Source: Candidatus Hydrogenedentes bacterium UBA2224 (GTDB lineage Bacteria; Hydrogenedentota; Hydrogenedentia; Hydrogenedentales; SLHB01). Taken from it: a stretch of DNA of 64,000 bases. A model generated the notes under the pieces. The model had not been told where the DNA came from, made no database searches, and worked only from the letters and a program-made list of their open reading frames with translations. Shown in pieces: positions 26,864-36,475 of the stretch. Positions within the stretch are counted from its first letter, which is position 1, and each line of letters starts with the position of its first letter. The stretch lies in assembly GCA_002348185.1 (NCBI GenBank), contig DDYW01000058.1, positions 5,814 to 69,813 on the forward strand. Reading direction: 5' to 3'. The position numbers and the translations under genes were made by a program.

Positions 26864-27997
26864 CTACGACTTGCCGCTTTGCCCGTCTTCCGAAAGCTTT
26901 TCGTCAATTCTCCCGACGGGTTCCATGCCGAGTTCGAGGGCGCGCCGGTAATACCGCCGTGCCGACGCGGCATCCCCCTTCTCGATGGCATGCCACCAGG
27001 CGAGGTTCATGTGGGCCGGGGCGAATTCCGGCCATTGTTCGGTAACCGCCGTCGCGGTTGCGATGGCCGCGGCGAGTTCCCCCATGTGGCCCTGGGTCAC
27101 CGCGATGCCGCAGTGGGCGGCGGGATACTCCGGGTTCAGCGAAATGGCCTTCCGGTAATGCTGCAGGGCCTCTTCGAAGTCCTTCCGCATCAGGGCCAGT
27201 TCGCCGAGATGAAATTCGCCGAGAGCGTTTTCGGCGAGCCCCAGATTCGCGACCAGGGCGGCCGCGGCCCCCGCGGCCGCCTGCTCGAAATCCGCCCGCA
27301 ACGACCGGCCCCCGGTTTGCCACTTTGCGAGGGCATCATCCTCCACCGTCAGACGCGCCCCCTTGATTCGCGGCGTCATGCGGTCGGTCGGATCGCCGAG
27401 ACGGTCATACGCCATCACGGGCGCCACCGTGGCCACGATCTCGTTGGCCCACAGCGCGTGCCCGGAAGGGAGTTCGACCATACGGCCGTCGAGCTTCACG
27501 GCCAGGGTGGCGTCATGGCCGAATATCCCGTGCGTCGACCGGAGCCGCAACAGCACGTCGTGTCCGGCCCGTGCAAGACCGTCGTAGTAGGCGGAGAAGG
27601 CGTCCCGTCTGCTGTCGAATCCGGCGGTGCTCGGCAACGGCGCTGCCTGAGCCAGGGCGGGCCCGCCGGCTTCGGCAAGCGTCGTTTCCAGGGCCTTGGC
27701 CAGGATGGCCGCGGTGTCGTCTTCGCCGATCAATTCCTGAATCCGGCTCCGGTACCGGGCGTTCACGACGGCATCCACTCCGGTTCCCAGGACGAGCCCG
27801 GCCGAACCCGCAAGGCGCAGACTTCTGCCCGCGGGCGACATGGAGACCACGAGTTCGGTGTTGGCCTGTTGCAGCGACCATACGGGAGCGGCGGCCTCGC
27901 GCAGGTTCAGCTCCGGGGAACGGCCCGTTGTAGCGCAGCCCGCGGCAAACAGCACCATGCCCGTCAAGACAACACACGCGAACGGCCGACGCATCAT
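26864..27997 (-). CDS. Lipoprotein with C-terminal TPR repeats
   Basis: Track ORF 26864..28504 is over-extended into pruA. The real start is ATG 27997 (MMRRPFACVVLTGMVLFAAGCATTG, lipobox AAGC), preceded by GAGAGGAG. C-terminal TPR-like FEEALQHYRKAISLNPEY. Confidence 0.75.
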   Translation of the reverse strand: MMRRPFACVVLTGMVLFAAGCATTGRSPELNLREAAAPVWSLQQANTELVVSMSPAGRSLRLAGSAGLVLGTGVDAVVNARYRSRIQELIGEDDTAAILAKALETTLAEAGGPALAQAAPLPSTAGFDSRRDAFSAYYDGLARAGHDVLLRLRSTHGIFGHDATLAVKLDGRMVELPSGHALWANEIVATVAPVMAYDRLGDPTDRMTPRIKGARLTVEDDALAKWQTGGRSLRADFEQAAAGAAAALVANLGLAENALGEFHLGELALMRKDFEEALQHYRKAISLNPEYPAAHCGIAVTQGHMGELAAAIATATAVTEQWPEFAPAHMNLAWWHAIEKGDAASARRYYRRALELGMEPVGRIDEKLSEDGQSGKS

Positions 27998-28212
27998 GAC
28001 TTCTCCTCTCGGGCTTCCCGCCCGGGAAACCGTGGTTTGCGGCGTGGGGTACACGAAGGCCCTCGTGCCCCGCCGCCGGGGGGACAGACGCCGTATGCTA
28101 CCCGCGTGCAGGTCCCGGCGCAAGCTTGCCTCCGGAGCGCGCCCTCCCCCGGCGAAGCTGGAACAGGCGCGGAAACGCCGTGTCGCGCTCCCGCGCCCGG
28201 CAAGGGCCCGCC

Positions 28213-29844
28213 TTACTCTCCGTTCATATGCGGATACCGGTACTGGGTTGGCGGCAGGAAATTCTCCTTGATGGACCTGGGCGAGACCCAGCGTTCGAGG
28301 TTCAGCCACGACCCCGCCTTGTCGTTGGTTCCGGAGGCGCGGCTGCCGCCGAACGGCTGCTGCCCCACCACGGCGCCGGTGGGCTTGTCGTTGATGTAGA
28401 AATTGCCCGCGGCATTCACGAGGGTCTTTGAGGCCTTCACAATGGCGGCCCGGTCCTGAGCGAAGATAGCGCCCGTCAACGCGTAGGGGCTGGTCCTGTC
28501 GCACAGCTCGAGCGCCGCCTCATACTGCTTCTCGGGATACACGTGAACCGTCAACACCGGCCCGAAGATCTCCTCGCACATGAGCCGAGATTTCGGGTCC
28601 GGACTCAGCACGACCGTGGGATCAACAAAATACCCCTCGGAATCGTCGTACTTCCCCCCGGCGAGAATCTCGAGTTGCGGGTCGCTGTGGGCAAAATCGA
28701 TATATCCCGAGATACTCCGGAACGCCGCGCCGTCGATCACCGCGCCCATGAAATTCTTGAAGTCGCACACGTCGCCCATGTCGAGCGTCCCGAGCTGGTC
28801 GAGCAGGCGCTCCTTCAATGCGGGCCAGATGGAATCGGGGATGTACGCGCGGCTGGCGGCCGAGCATTTCTGCCCCTGGTACTCGTAGGCGCCGCGGATC
28901 AGACCGGTACACAGGGCATCGACGTCCGCCGAGGCGTGAGCGAAAATGAAATCTTTGCCGCCGGTCTCTCCCACGATGCGCGGGTAGGAGTAATACTTTC
29001 GGATGTCGGACCCGACCGCGAGCCAGATCGTCGAAAAGACCTTGGTGCTGCCGGTGAAATGGATGCCGCCCAGGTCGAGGTGATCGAGTACGGGCGGGCC
29101 GATGGTGTCGCCGGGGCCGGGCACCATGTTGATCACCCCGTCCGGCAGGCCGGCCTCTTTGAGAAGCTTCATGATGTAGTGGGCGGGCAACACGGCGCTC
29201 GACGCGGGTTTCCAGACCACCGCGTTGCCCATGAGGGCCGGGGCGGTGGGCAGGTTGCCGGCGATGGAGGTGAAGTTGAACGGTGTGATGGCAAAGACGA
29301 ACCCCTCCAGCGGGCGGTGTTCCAGGTAATTGAGCACCTGGTGACTGGAGATGGGCTGGTCGTCGTAGATCTGCGTCATGAAATAGGGATTGAAGCGCCA
29401 GAAATCGATCAGTTCGCAGGCGGAATCGATCTCGGCCTGCCAGCACGTCTTGCTCAGGCAGAGCATCGTGGCCGCGTTCAGGATCTGCCGGTACTTCCCC
29501 GACAGCAGTTCCGCGGCCTTCATCATGACCGTGGCGCGGTCCGACCAGGGCATCAGGGCCCAGTCGCGCTTGGCCGCGTTCGCGGCGTCGATGGCCTGGT
29601 TGGCATGCAGGGCGTTGGCCTGGTGATACTGGCCCAGCAACTGGGAGCGGTTGTGCGGACAGCGCATGTCGATCCGTTTTTCCGACTTGATCTCCTTGCC
29701 CCCGATGACGATGGGGACCTCGACGGGATTCGCCAGCATGTCTTTGAGCACCGCCTGCAGTTCCGCCCGTTCTTTGCTTCCGGGCGCATAATTCAGGGCC
29801 GGCTCATTCTTTGGCAGGGGAATGTGGAACAGTCCGTTGAACAT
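28213..29844 (-). CDS. pruA: 1-pyrroline-5-carboxylate (L-glutamate gamma-semialdehyde) dehydrogenase
   Basis: Track ORF to 29877; likely start ATG 29844 (MFNGLFHIPLP), preceded by GAGGAGGGAG. Aldehyde dehydrogenase motifs FTGST, GQKCSAASR (catalytic Cys), EIFGPV. The N-terminal NEPALNYAPGSKER is typical of PruA. Confidence 0.85.
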   Translation of the reverse strand: MFNGLFHIPLPKNEPALNYAPGSKERAELQAVLKDMLANPVEVPIVIGGKEIKSEKRIDMRCPHNRSQLLGQYHQANALHANQAIDAANAAKRDWALMPWSDRATVMMKAAELLSGKYRQILNAATMLCLSKTCWQAEIDSACELIDFWRFNPYFMTQIYDDQPISSHQVLNYLEHRPLEGFVFAITPFNFTSIAGNLPTAPALMGNAVVWKPASSAVLPAHYIMKLLKEAGLPDGVINMVPGPGDTIGPPVLDHLDLGGIHFTGSTKVFSTIWLAVGSDIRKYYSYPRIVGETGGKDFIFAHASADVDALCTGLIRGAYEYQGQKCSAASRAYIPDSIWPALKERLLDQLGTLDMGDVCDFKNFMGAVIDGAAFRSISGYIDFAHSDPQLEILAGGKYDDSEGYFVDPTVVLSPDPKSRLMCEEIFGPVLTVHVYPEKQYEAALELCDRTSPYALTGAIFAQDRAAIVKASKTLVNAAGNFYINDKPTGAVVGQQPFGGSRASGTNDKAGSWLNLERWVSPRSIKENFLPPTQYRYPHMNGE

Positions 29845-30070
29845 AATCTCCCTCCTCTTGCTCAGGCGTGAGGCCACGCCTGGCCGCCTTGTCCATCCCC
29901 CTTACGTACGGGCCGCAAACCGCAGCATCGGCCCGTCCCGGGGCATCCCAGGCATGCCTTGAGGTCCCGACAATACCGCCCCTGCCCCCTTCACATGCCG
30001 CACCGTGTATGCCCCCGGAATTCGGATGGAATTCTTTCCGTTGTAGGCCAGTCCCGTGGGAATGTCAAGT

Positions 30071-30102
30071 GTCCCCGGGCTCCGATGTCCCCGGGCTCCG
30101 AA
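30071..30102 (+). repeat. 16-bp tandem duplication carrying CCCGGG cores in a divergent promoter region
   Basis: GTCCCCGGGCTCCGAT (30071-30086) followed directly by GTCCCCGGGCTCCGAA (30087-30102). Lies between pruA (start 29844, minus) and the glycosidase-like gene (start 30259, plus). Confidence 0.7.
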
Positions 30103-30258
30103 TCGCCCGAGTGGCCGCGCGAGTAGGTGTATCTCGTGCGGACGGGGCAGCGTGCCACGGCCGGTTCATGCACGCTGTGCGCATGGCCGGAGGTGTATTT
30201 TTCCGCAGCCTTTGATAGGCTGCTTAGACGACAGGAAGCAGACGAAAGGGGAACAGCC

Positions 30259-32658
30259 ATGCGTAAGCATCATCGGCTCACCTGGTATAGCATTGTGATT
30301 ACCACGTTACTCACGGCCGCGCCGGCTTTCCCGGGGCACGCTGCCGATGCACCCGGGCGGCTCGATGTGTCCGGGGCGACCGTTGTGGTCCGGTCTGGCG
30401 AGCGCCCGCCGGCGGAACAGATGGCCGCGACGGTGCTGATTGAGGAGGTGGCAAAGCGTACCGGGCTGCACTGGGCGGAGTCGCACACGTGGCCGGATTC
30501 CGGGCCGGTGATCGCCATCACCGTGGCCGGAGCCGCGCCGGAATGGCCGCGCGAGATCCCGAAACGCCCGGGCGACAGCCTCCCCGAGCAGAAACCGGAG
30601 GGGTTCCGGCTGTACGTCGAGCAGCAGAGTGACGCGGCGCCCACGGTCTGGCTCATCGGCGCCGACGCCCGCGGCGCGCTGTTTGCGGCGGGACAGTTTC
30701 TTCGCGGCATGACGTGGGGCGAAGGGCGGGTATCGTTTCCGGCCGAGCTCGACGTGTGCACCTCCCCGGCCTACCCCATCCGCGGCCACCAGCTCGGGTA
30801 CCGGCACACCGCGAATGCCTATGACGCGTGGGACGTGGCGACCTACGACCAGTACATCCGCGAACTGGTCCTGTTCGGCGCGAATTGTGTGGAGAACATT
30901 CCCAGCCAGGACGATCCCGGCCCGCATGCCCGGGTGCCGCGCGAAGAAATGAATGTGGCCATGGCGCAGATATGCCAGCGGTACGGGATTGATTACTGGG
31001 TGTGGATCCCGGCGGGATTCGATCTGAACGACACGGACCAGCGCGCCGAATCTCTGGCCGAACTCGACGATTTCTTCCAGACATGCCCGTTGTTGAGCGC
31101 GGTCTTCATTCCGGGCGGCGATCCTGGCGACAACCCGCCCGGCCTGTTGCTGCCGTATGCGGCCGAGATGGCGGCCCGTCTGCAGGAACACCATCCCGCC
31201 GCGAAAATCTGGATTTCGCTCCAGGGTTTTGATGCGGGCAAGGTGGATGCCTTTTTCGCCTGGCTCGACGCGCAGCAGCCGGACTGGCTGGGAGGTCTAG
31301 TGCACGGGCCGTCCAGTCCGTCGCTGGCCGAAACGCGCCGGCGGCTGCCAAGACAGTACGGCCTGCGACACTATCCCGACATTACGCACAGCCTCATCTG
31401 CCAGTACCCGGTGTACTGGTGGGACCAGGCGTTCGCGCTGACCCTGGGCCGGGAATGTCCCAACCCGCAGCCCGCGTGGTACACGCACGTCCACAACTGG
31501 TACGCGCCCTGGACCGACGGGTTTCTGAGCTACTCGGACGGCATCAACGACGACGTGAACAAGGCGGTCTGGAGCCGGCTGGGCTGGGACCCCGCCACCG
31601 AACCACGCCAGACCTGCCTCGAATACGCGAACGTCTTCTTCGGCTCGGGTGTCGCGGAACGGGCCGCGGACGGCATCCTCGCGCTCGAAAAGAACTGGGA
31701 AGGCGTGCTCGCCGACAACGGGGCCGTGGACGCCACGCTGATGCAGTGGCAGGCGCTGGAGGCCGTATCGCCGCGGCTCGGCAACAACTGGCGTTGGCAA
31801 TTGTGCCTGCTGCGGGCGTACTTCGATGCGTATACCCGTCACCGGCTCCTGTATGAAACCCGGCTCGAATCGGACGTGAATGAGCTCCTCGCGCAGGCCC
31901 CGGTGCTGGGCGCCGCGGCCGCCATGGAACAGGCGGAAGCCATTCTGAAGCTGGCCGAAACCCAGCCGGTCAGGGCGGACTGGCGGCAGCGGATCGAGGA
32001 ACTGTGCGTCGCCCTGTTCGATTCGATCGGGTACCAGACCAGCGTGCCGCGGTTCCAGGCGCGCAACGGGGAACGGGGCGCGATCCTCGACTACGTCGAC
32101 CGCCCGCTCAATAACCGCTGGTGGCTCGAAGACGAGTTCCAGACGATCCGCGAATTCTCTACGGAAGAAGACAAGCTGGCGCGGCTGGAAGTCATCCGCA
32201 CATGGGAATCGCCGGGTCCCGGGAGTTATTACGACGATATCGGCAACGTGGCGCAGATGGAACACGTAGCGCTGCCGCCGGGCCCCTGGGTGGAACCGGA
32301 TCTCGTGGAATTGCGCAATCCCCATTTCCCCTGGGTCGAAGACGGGTTCAGCCGGGCGCGTCTGTCGTGGCTCTGTCTGATGCGGTGGCCCGAGAAACTC
32401 GCCTACCGCGGGCTCGCCCCCGAGGGGGAGTACCTTCTGCGCGCTACGGGCAGCGGCGGGTTGCGGCCAATCGTGGATGACGTCGCCCTCGTGCCCTCGG
32501 CATATCCCCGGGAACGGGGCGCGTTCAAGGAGTTCCCGATTCCTCCCGAGCTCATTGCCGACGGAGAGATCGCCGTCACGTTCGGGGACATCGACGAATA
32601 CCACCTCAACTGGCGGCAGTGGTCGTACCTCGCGGAGGTGTGGCTGATCAGGAAGTAG
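30259..32658 (+). CDS. Exported putative glycoside hydrolase (GH20/67/115-like N-domain plus TIM barrel)
   Basis: Track ORF 30127..32658; start ATG 30259 (MRKHHRLTWYSIVITTLLTAAPAFPGHAA signal peptide). WLIGADARGALFAAGQFLR and AYPIRGHQLGYRHTANAYDAW resemble exo-glycosidase architecture. The family is not assignable by eye. Confidence 0.55.
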   Translation: MRKHHRLTWYSIVITTLLTAAPAFPGHAADAPGRLDVSGATVVVRSGERPPAEQMAATVLIEEVAKRTGLHWAESHTWPDSGPVIAITVAGAAPEWPREIPKRPGDSLPEQKPEGFRLYVEQQSDAAPTVWLIGADARGALFAAGQFLRGMTWGEGRVSFPAELDVCTSPAYPIRGHQLGYRHTANAYDAWDVATYDQYIRELVLFGANCVENIPSQDDPGPHARVPREEMNVAMAQICQRYGIDYWVWIPAGFDLNDTDQRAESLAELDDFFQTCPLLSAVFIPGGDPGDNPPGLLLPYAAEMAARLQEHHPAAKIWISLQGFDAGKVDAFFAWLDAQQPDWLGGLVHGPSSPSLAETRRRLPRQYGLRHYPDITHSLICQYPVYWWDQAFALTLGRECPNPQPAWYTHVHNWYAPWTDGFLSYSDGINDDVNKAVWSRLGWDPATEPRQTCLEYANVFFGSGVAERAADGILALEKNWEGVLADNGAVDATLMQWQALEAVSPRLGNNWRWQLCLLRAYFDAYTRHRLLYETRLESDVNELLAQAPVLGAAAAMEQAEAILKLAETQPVRADWRQRIEELCVALFDSIGYQTSVPRFQARNGERGAILDYVDRPLNNRWWLEDEFQTIREFSTEEDKLARLEVIRTWESPGPGSYYDDIGNVAQMEHVALPPGPWVEPDLVELRNPHFPWVEDGFSRARLSWLCLMRWPEKLAYRGLAPEGEYLLRATGSGGLRPIVDDVALVPSAYPRERGAFKEFPIPPELIADGEIAVTFGDIDEYHLNWRQWSYLAEVWLIRK

Positions 32659-32768
32659 GGCCGACAGCCATGCGCGCCGCAGCGGTAACCGGCCCGAAAA
32701 CCTTTATTCGCAGCGGGTTGCACCGTCCTGGCCAGCGGCCTATACTGACCTGAAACAGGGGAGTGTTG

Positions 32769-33470
32769 ATGCAAGCCGAAGACAGACCGATCCATTTCTC
32801 CGCGGAGCTCCTGCATTTGCCGTGCAAGCACGAGGTGTCTGTGCTCCAGAAACTCTATTTTGACCTGTCGCAGACACGGGAGGCGGCGTACGACAATACG
32901 GATTTCAGCCTGCCGGGCCGGTTCCGGTTTTTCTCCAGGCGCGGGGCCAGAACGCTCTCGACCTTTCTTTTTCTGCCAGACCGGTTCATGCTGGCCGAGG
33001 AATGGGTCGATATCCCGCTGTCGGATTTCCTCACGAAGCTCGAACGGGCAGCGGGACTGACCATGGACGCCCTGAACATCCCGTTTCTCCCCGCGCACAC
33101 GGTGACGTTGCGGACGACGTTTGCCCTGACCCATTATGACGACGCGCGCCGGTTTCTGCTGGACCACGTCTGCAATCAGGAAGATCGGCTCGGGCCGTAT
33201 TTCCGGCGGCCGATCGCGGTCGGCGGCCTCCGGCTGGTGTTCCCCGAGACCCCGGAACACCCCAGTTCCTACAACGTGGTCATCGAGTCCTTCCGGCAAA
33301 GCCAGCATGAGGTCTATGTCGAGGTGAAAGGCGTTTTCGCCCGGCAGCGCGTGACGCGGGACGGACTGAGCCTTATTGCGGACAATTTCCGCGCGGTCCA
33401 GGGCTTCGTCGTCGACAGCATTTTCCCGTTCCTGAACCAGTACGACACAGCCCGGGAAAACTGGGCGTAA
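32769..33470 (+). CDS. Hypothetical protein
   Basis: Track ORF from GTG 32763; ATG 32769 has GGGGAG 6 nt upstream. 233 aa, no TM or signal, normal codon bias for this genome. Faint resemblance to the TIGR04255-type uncharacterised family (unverified). Confidence 0.55.
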   Translation: MQAEDRPIHFSAELLHLPCKHEVSVLQKLYFDLSQTREAAYDNTDFSLPGRFRFFSRRGARTLSTFLFLPDRFMLAEEWVDIPLSDFLTKLERAAGLTMDALNIPFLPAHTVTLRTTFALTHYDDARRFLLDHVCNQEDRLGPYFRRPIAVGGLRLVFPETPEHPSSYNVVIESFRQSQHEVYVEVKGVFARQRVTRDGLSLIADNFRAVQGFVVDSIFPFLNQYDTARENWA

Positions 33471-33580
33471 CCGCACCGCATCTCATTGCGCGAAAGCGCC
33501 GTTCGCGGCGCGATTACGTGTCCCCGTTCGAATGCCATCTGAACGTTTGGCCGGAAATGCAGCGGGCGTTTCCGGGGTAG

Positions 33581-34648
33581 ATGCCACGTGCCCACATGCC
33601 TGGAGATATGAACCAACGGACCGGAGTGACTCCAACACCGATGACCCCGCCGGAACCGGAGATTTCCGTGGTGATGCCGTGCTTCAACGCGGCGGAAACC
33701 CTGGAAGCCGCCATCGAATCCATCCGGAACCAGACGTTCCGCGAGTGGGAGTTCATTCTCGTGGATGACGGCTCCCGCGATGCCTCGCCCGGCGTTGCGG
33801 AGGCTATGGCCGCGAAGGATCGGCGGCTCCGCCTGGTCCGGCAGCCCCACGGAGGCATTGTGCGGGCCCTGCAGACGGGATGCGCCCTCGCCCGGGCGCC
33901 GTTCATCGCGCGCATGGACGCGGACGACCTCGCCCTGCCCGAGCGTCTTGCCAGACAGTACGCGCACATGCAGGCGCATCCCGATACCGCCCTGTGCGGC
34001 ACCCACGTCAGCATGTTCGGCACGCGCATCGGCGAAGGACGGGCCCGGTATGAGGACTGGATTAACGGGCTTCGGAGTCATGATGACATCGTACGCGAGC
34101 TGTTCATCGAGTGCCCTGTCCCCCACCCCGCATTCTTTCTGCGCCGCGAGGCTTTCGAACGCGCCGGGGGCTACGAGGACCACGGCTGGGCGGAAGATTA
34201 CGATCTGTGCATGCGGCTGTTCCTCGACGGGGCCCGCTTCGGCGTGGTGCCCGAACCCCTGTTGCGGTGGAGGGAGTCGCCTGGCCGTTTGTCGATGACC
34301 GCGGAACGGTATTCCCTGTCCCGGTTCCGGGCATTGAAACGTTTTTATCTCGAGCGTTCGTACCTCCGCGGCCGCAACCGCTTTCACCAGTGGGGCGCCG
34401 GCGAGGTGGGCAAAGTCTGGCTGCGCGAGTGGGAAACCCTTCAGCCTGAAGCCGTTGTGGACATACACCCCCGGAAGATCGGGCGTACGATTCATGGCGT
34501 TCCGGTCATCGCCCCCGATGATCTTCCGGAGCCCCAGACGACATTCATCGTTATTGCCGTGGGCGCGCCGGGCGCACGGGAGGAAATTCGCACCCGGCTG
34601 AAACCCCGTGGATATGCGGAGTTGCGCGATTTCCTCTTTGTGGCGTAA
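33581..34648 (+). CDS. Family 2 glycosyltransferase fused to a C-terminal Rossmann-like domain
   Basis: 355 aa. ISVVMPCFNAAETLEAAIESIRNQTFREWEFILVDDGSRD and ARMDADD (DxD) are GT2 hallmarks. The C-terminal 90 aa (HQWGAGEVGKVW...IVIAVGAPGAREEI) look like a PglD/NeuD-N-type nucleotide-binding module. Start codon uncertain. Confidence 0.75.
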   Translation: MPRAHMPGDMNQRTGVTPTPMTPPEPEISVVMPCFNAAETLEAAIESIRNQTFREWEFILVDDGSRDASPGVAEAMAAKDRRLRLVRQPHGGIVRALQTGCALARAPFIARMDADDLALPERLARQYAHMQAHPDTALCGTHVSMFGTRIGEGRARYEDWINGLRSHDDIVRELFIECPVPHPAFFLRREAFERAGGYEDHGWAEDYDLCMRLFLDGARFGVVPEPLLRWRESPGRLSMTAERYSLSRFRALKRFYLERSYLRGRNRFHQWGAGEVGKVWLREWETLQPEAVVDIHPRKIGRTIHGVPVIAPDDLPEPQTTFIVIAVGAPGAREEIRTRLKPRGYAELRDFLFVA

Positions 34649-34692
34649 GGTCAGCACGTGTTAACTCTAGCGGCCGGGAAAACGTTATTACC

Positions 34693-35289
34693 GTGAACGA
34701 TGATGCGAACAGGGACTGGACCGCCCAGGACGACGACACGCTCGCCCTGGCCGTAAAGGCCGGTGAACAGGCGGCCTACGACGAACTGGTCCGGCGCCAC
34801 CAGGCCCGCGTCTATGCCGTGGCGTACCGGTTCGCATCCAACCGGGAAGACGCCCTGGACATTGCCCAGGAGGCCTTGTTCAAGGCGTACCGGAAGATCG
34901 ACTCGTGGGAACCGCGAACCGGCTTCGTGCCGTGGCTGATGCGCGTGACGGCCAACCACGCCATCGACCACCTGCGGCGCAACAAACGGCGCAGGACGAT
35001 GCGTCTGGCGGATGCGTATCCCGACGGGGAAGCGGGCGCCCCGTCGGAGCGACGTCACGCGCAACCCGAAGCCACAGCCCGGGCGGAGGAGATTGGACGC
35101 CATGTTCAGCGGGCGCTGGAGGCTCTTTCCGGCACGCAACGCGAAGTGTTCGTGTTGCGGCACTACGAAGGGTTTCCGCTCGCTGAGATTGCGGAAGTGC
35201 TGGGATGCAGTATCGGAAGCGTGAAAGTTCACCTGTTTCGCGCGGTCCGAAAGCTCCGGCAGGAACTCGAGGACATCGGGCGTTTCTGA
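34693..35289 (+). CDS. ECF-type RNA polymerase sigma factor
   Basis: 198 aa. Region 2 (YDELVRRHQARVYAVAYRFASNREDALDIAQEALFKAY...FVPWLMRVTANHAIDHLRR) and region 4 (QREVFVLRHYEGFPLAEIAEVLGCSIGSVKVHLFRAVRKLR). Confidence 0.9.
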   Translation: MNDDANRDWTAQDDDTLALAVKAGEQAAYDELVRRHQARVYAVAYRFASNREDALDIAQEALFKAYRKIDSWEPRTGFVPWLMRVTANHAIDHLRRNKRRRTMRLADAYPDGEAGAPSERRHAQPEATARAEEIGRHVQRALEALSGTQREVFVLRHYEGFPLAEIAEVLGCSIGSVKVHLFRAVRKLRQELEDIGRF

Positions 35290-35301
35290 GACCGCGGCTG
35301 C

Positions 35302-36399
35302 GTGACGGCGCTGGCCCGCGCACGGATCGGAGATCTTGAACTCATGCTGAGACGACGCAAAGCCGAAGGATTGATGGCGCAGGCGCTCTACGAGCCGCTG
35401 TCGGAGCAGGATGCCGCCTTTCTGGAGTCCTATGTGCAGGCGCATCCCGGCGCGCGCGAAGAAATGTTAGCGCTGCGCCGGGTAGTAGCGAGCGTGCCCG
35501 CGGAGCGGCCCCCGCTGAATACCGACCTGCTCCCGGCGGTCCGGACGCGCATTGAGGAGGAGACCGGCACGCCCGAATGGAGGCCGCGCTTCCGTCTGGT
35601 CACGGCGGTGGCCTCCCTGGCGCTCATCGCGATGGCGGCGGGGCTCGCCTTCTTGAAGGTGCACGACGCCCCGGACCCGGGCCGTTTGACCGGCATGGAA
35701 ACCGGAGCCGCGGTTCCGGGCGCCTCCGCCCTGGCCGCCGTCCTGACACACACCGATGCACTCGTGAAAGCCGGCAATTATGCCGACGCATACAAAACGC
35801 TTTCGGGCGCGCTCGACCGTTTTCCTGACGCGCCCGATGCCGGGGAGGCGCAGATGCTCCTCGCGGACATCGCGTTTGCGCGGCTCCACTGGTATGAACA
35901 GGCCCACAGCGATTACGAGCGGCTGTTTCAGGAGTACCACCAGACTTGGCTGGGCGCCCCGGCCCACCTGCGGGACCGGCGCGATCTGCTCGCGGAAGCG
36001 CGTCTGGTGCAGTTCCGGTCATTGCAGGATCTGGACGCCGCACGCGCCAACAGACTCGACCCGATGGGCGCGCTGGCGCGGGTGATCGTCACCTACCCCA
36101 ACCAGGCCTACGTGCGGTCGCAGGCGGCCATGGAGATGGCCCGGCGCACCATTGAATCGGGCGCCGTCGACCCGGCGTCTCCGGATGCGCTGGTTCAGGC
36201 GTTGCGGCACGCGCAGAAAGAGGCCGCCGATCCCATGGTCGTCGCGCAACTGTCGTACCAGATAGGCCACCTTTACGAATCGGAATACCGCGAATTCGAC
36301 AAGGCCCGGGACGCCTTCCTGCAGGCGTCGCAACACCCCGCGCTGCAGCAGCAGGCCCGTTCCGCCCTCGCCCGGCTCGATGCGGCCGCCGCGCAGTGA
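35302..36399 (+). CDS. Putative anti-sigma factor (single TM, periplasmic TPR-like domain)
   Basis: 365 aa, 12 nt after the sigma gene. N-terminal helical segment, TM LVTAVASLALIAMAAGLAFL, then helical-repeat domain. The start could instead be the internal ATG (MLRRRK). Confidence 0.6.
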   Translation: MTALARARIGDLELMLRRRKAEGLMAQALYEPLSEQDAAFLESYVQAHPGAREEMLALRRVVASVPAERPPLNTDLLPAVRTRIEEETGTPEWRPRFRLVTAVASLALIAMAAGLAFLKVHDAPDPGRLTGMETGAAVPGASALAAVLTHTDALVKAGNYADAYKTLSGALDRFPDAPDAGEAQMLLADIAFARLHWYEQAHSDYERLFQEYHQTWLGAPAHLRDRRDLLAEARLVQFRSLQDLDAARANRLDPMGALARVIVTYPNQAYVRSQAAMEMARRTIESGAVDPASPDALVQALRHAQKEAADPMVVAQLSYQIGHLYESEYREFDKARDAFLQASQHPALQQQARSALARLDAAAAQ

Positions 36400-36475
36400 G
36401 GAGATTGAGGAAAACGGCGACATGTTCCGGCCATGTGTCTTTGTGTGAACACGGAGTCTTCGAAGCAGAACCATC

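Noticed and set aside
27998-28504. Upstream extension of the TPR lipoprotein ORF (546-aa version), and similar over-extended track ORFs (57863..60160, 59212..60825, 41169..43061, 52657..54093, 53595..54956).
   Set aside because: The extensions overlap neighbouring genes with clear motifs, are Arg/Pro-rich, and have better internal starts with an RBS, signal peptide or stop/start coupling.
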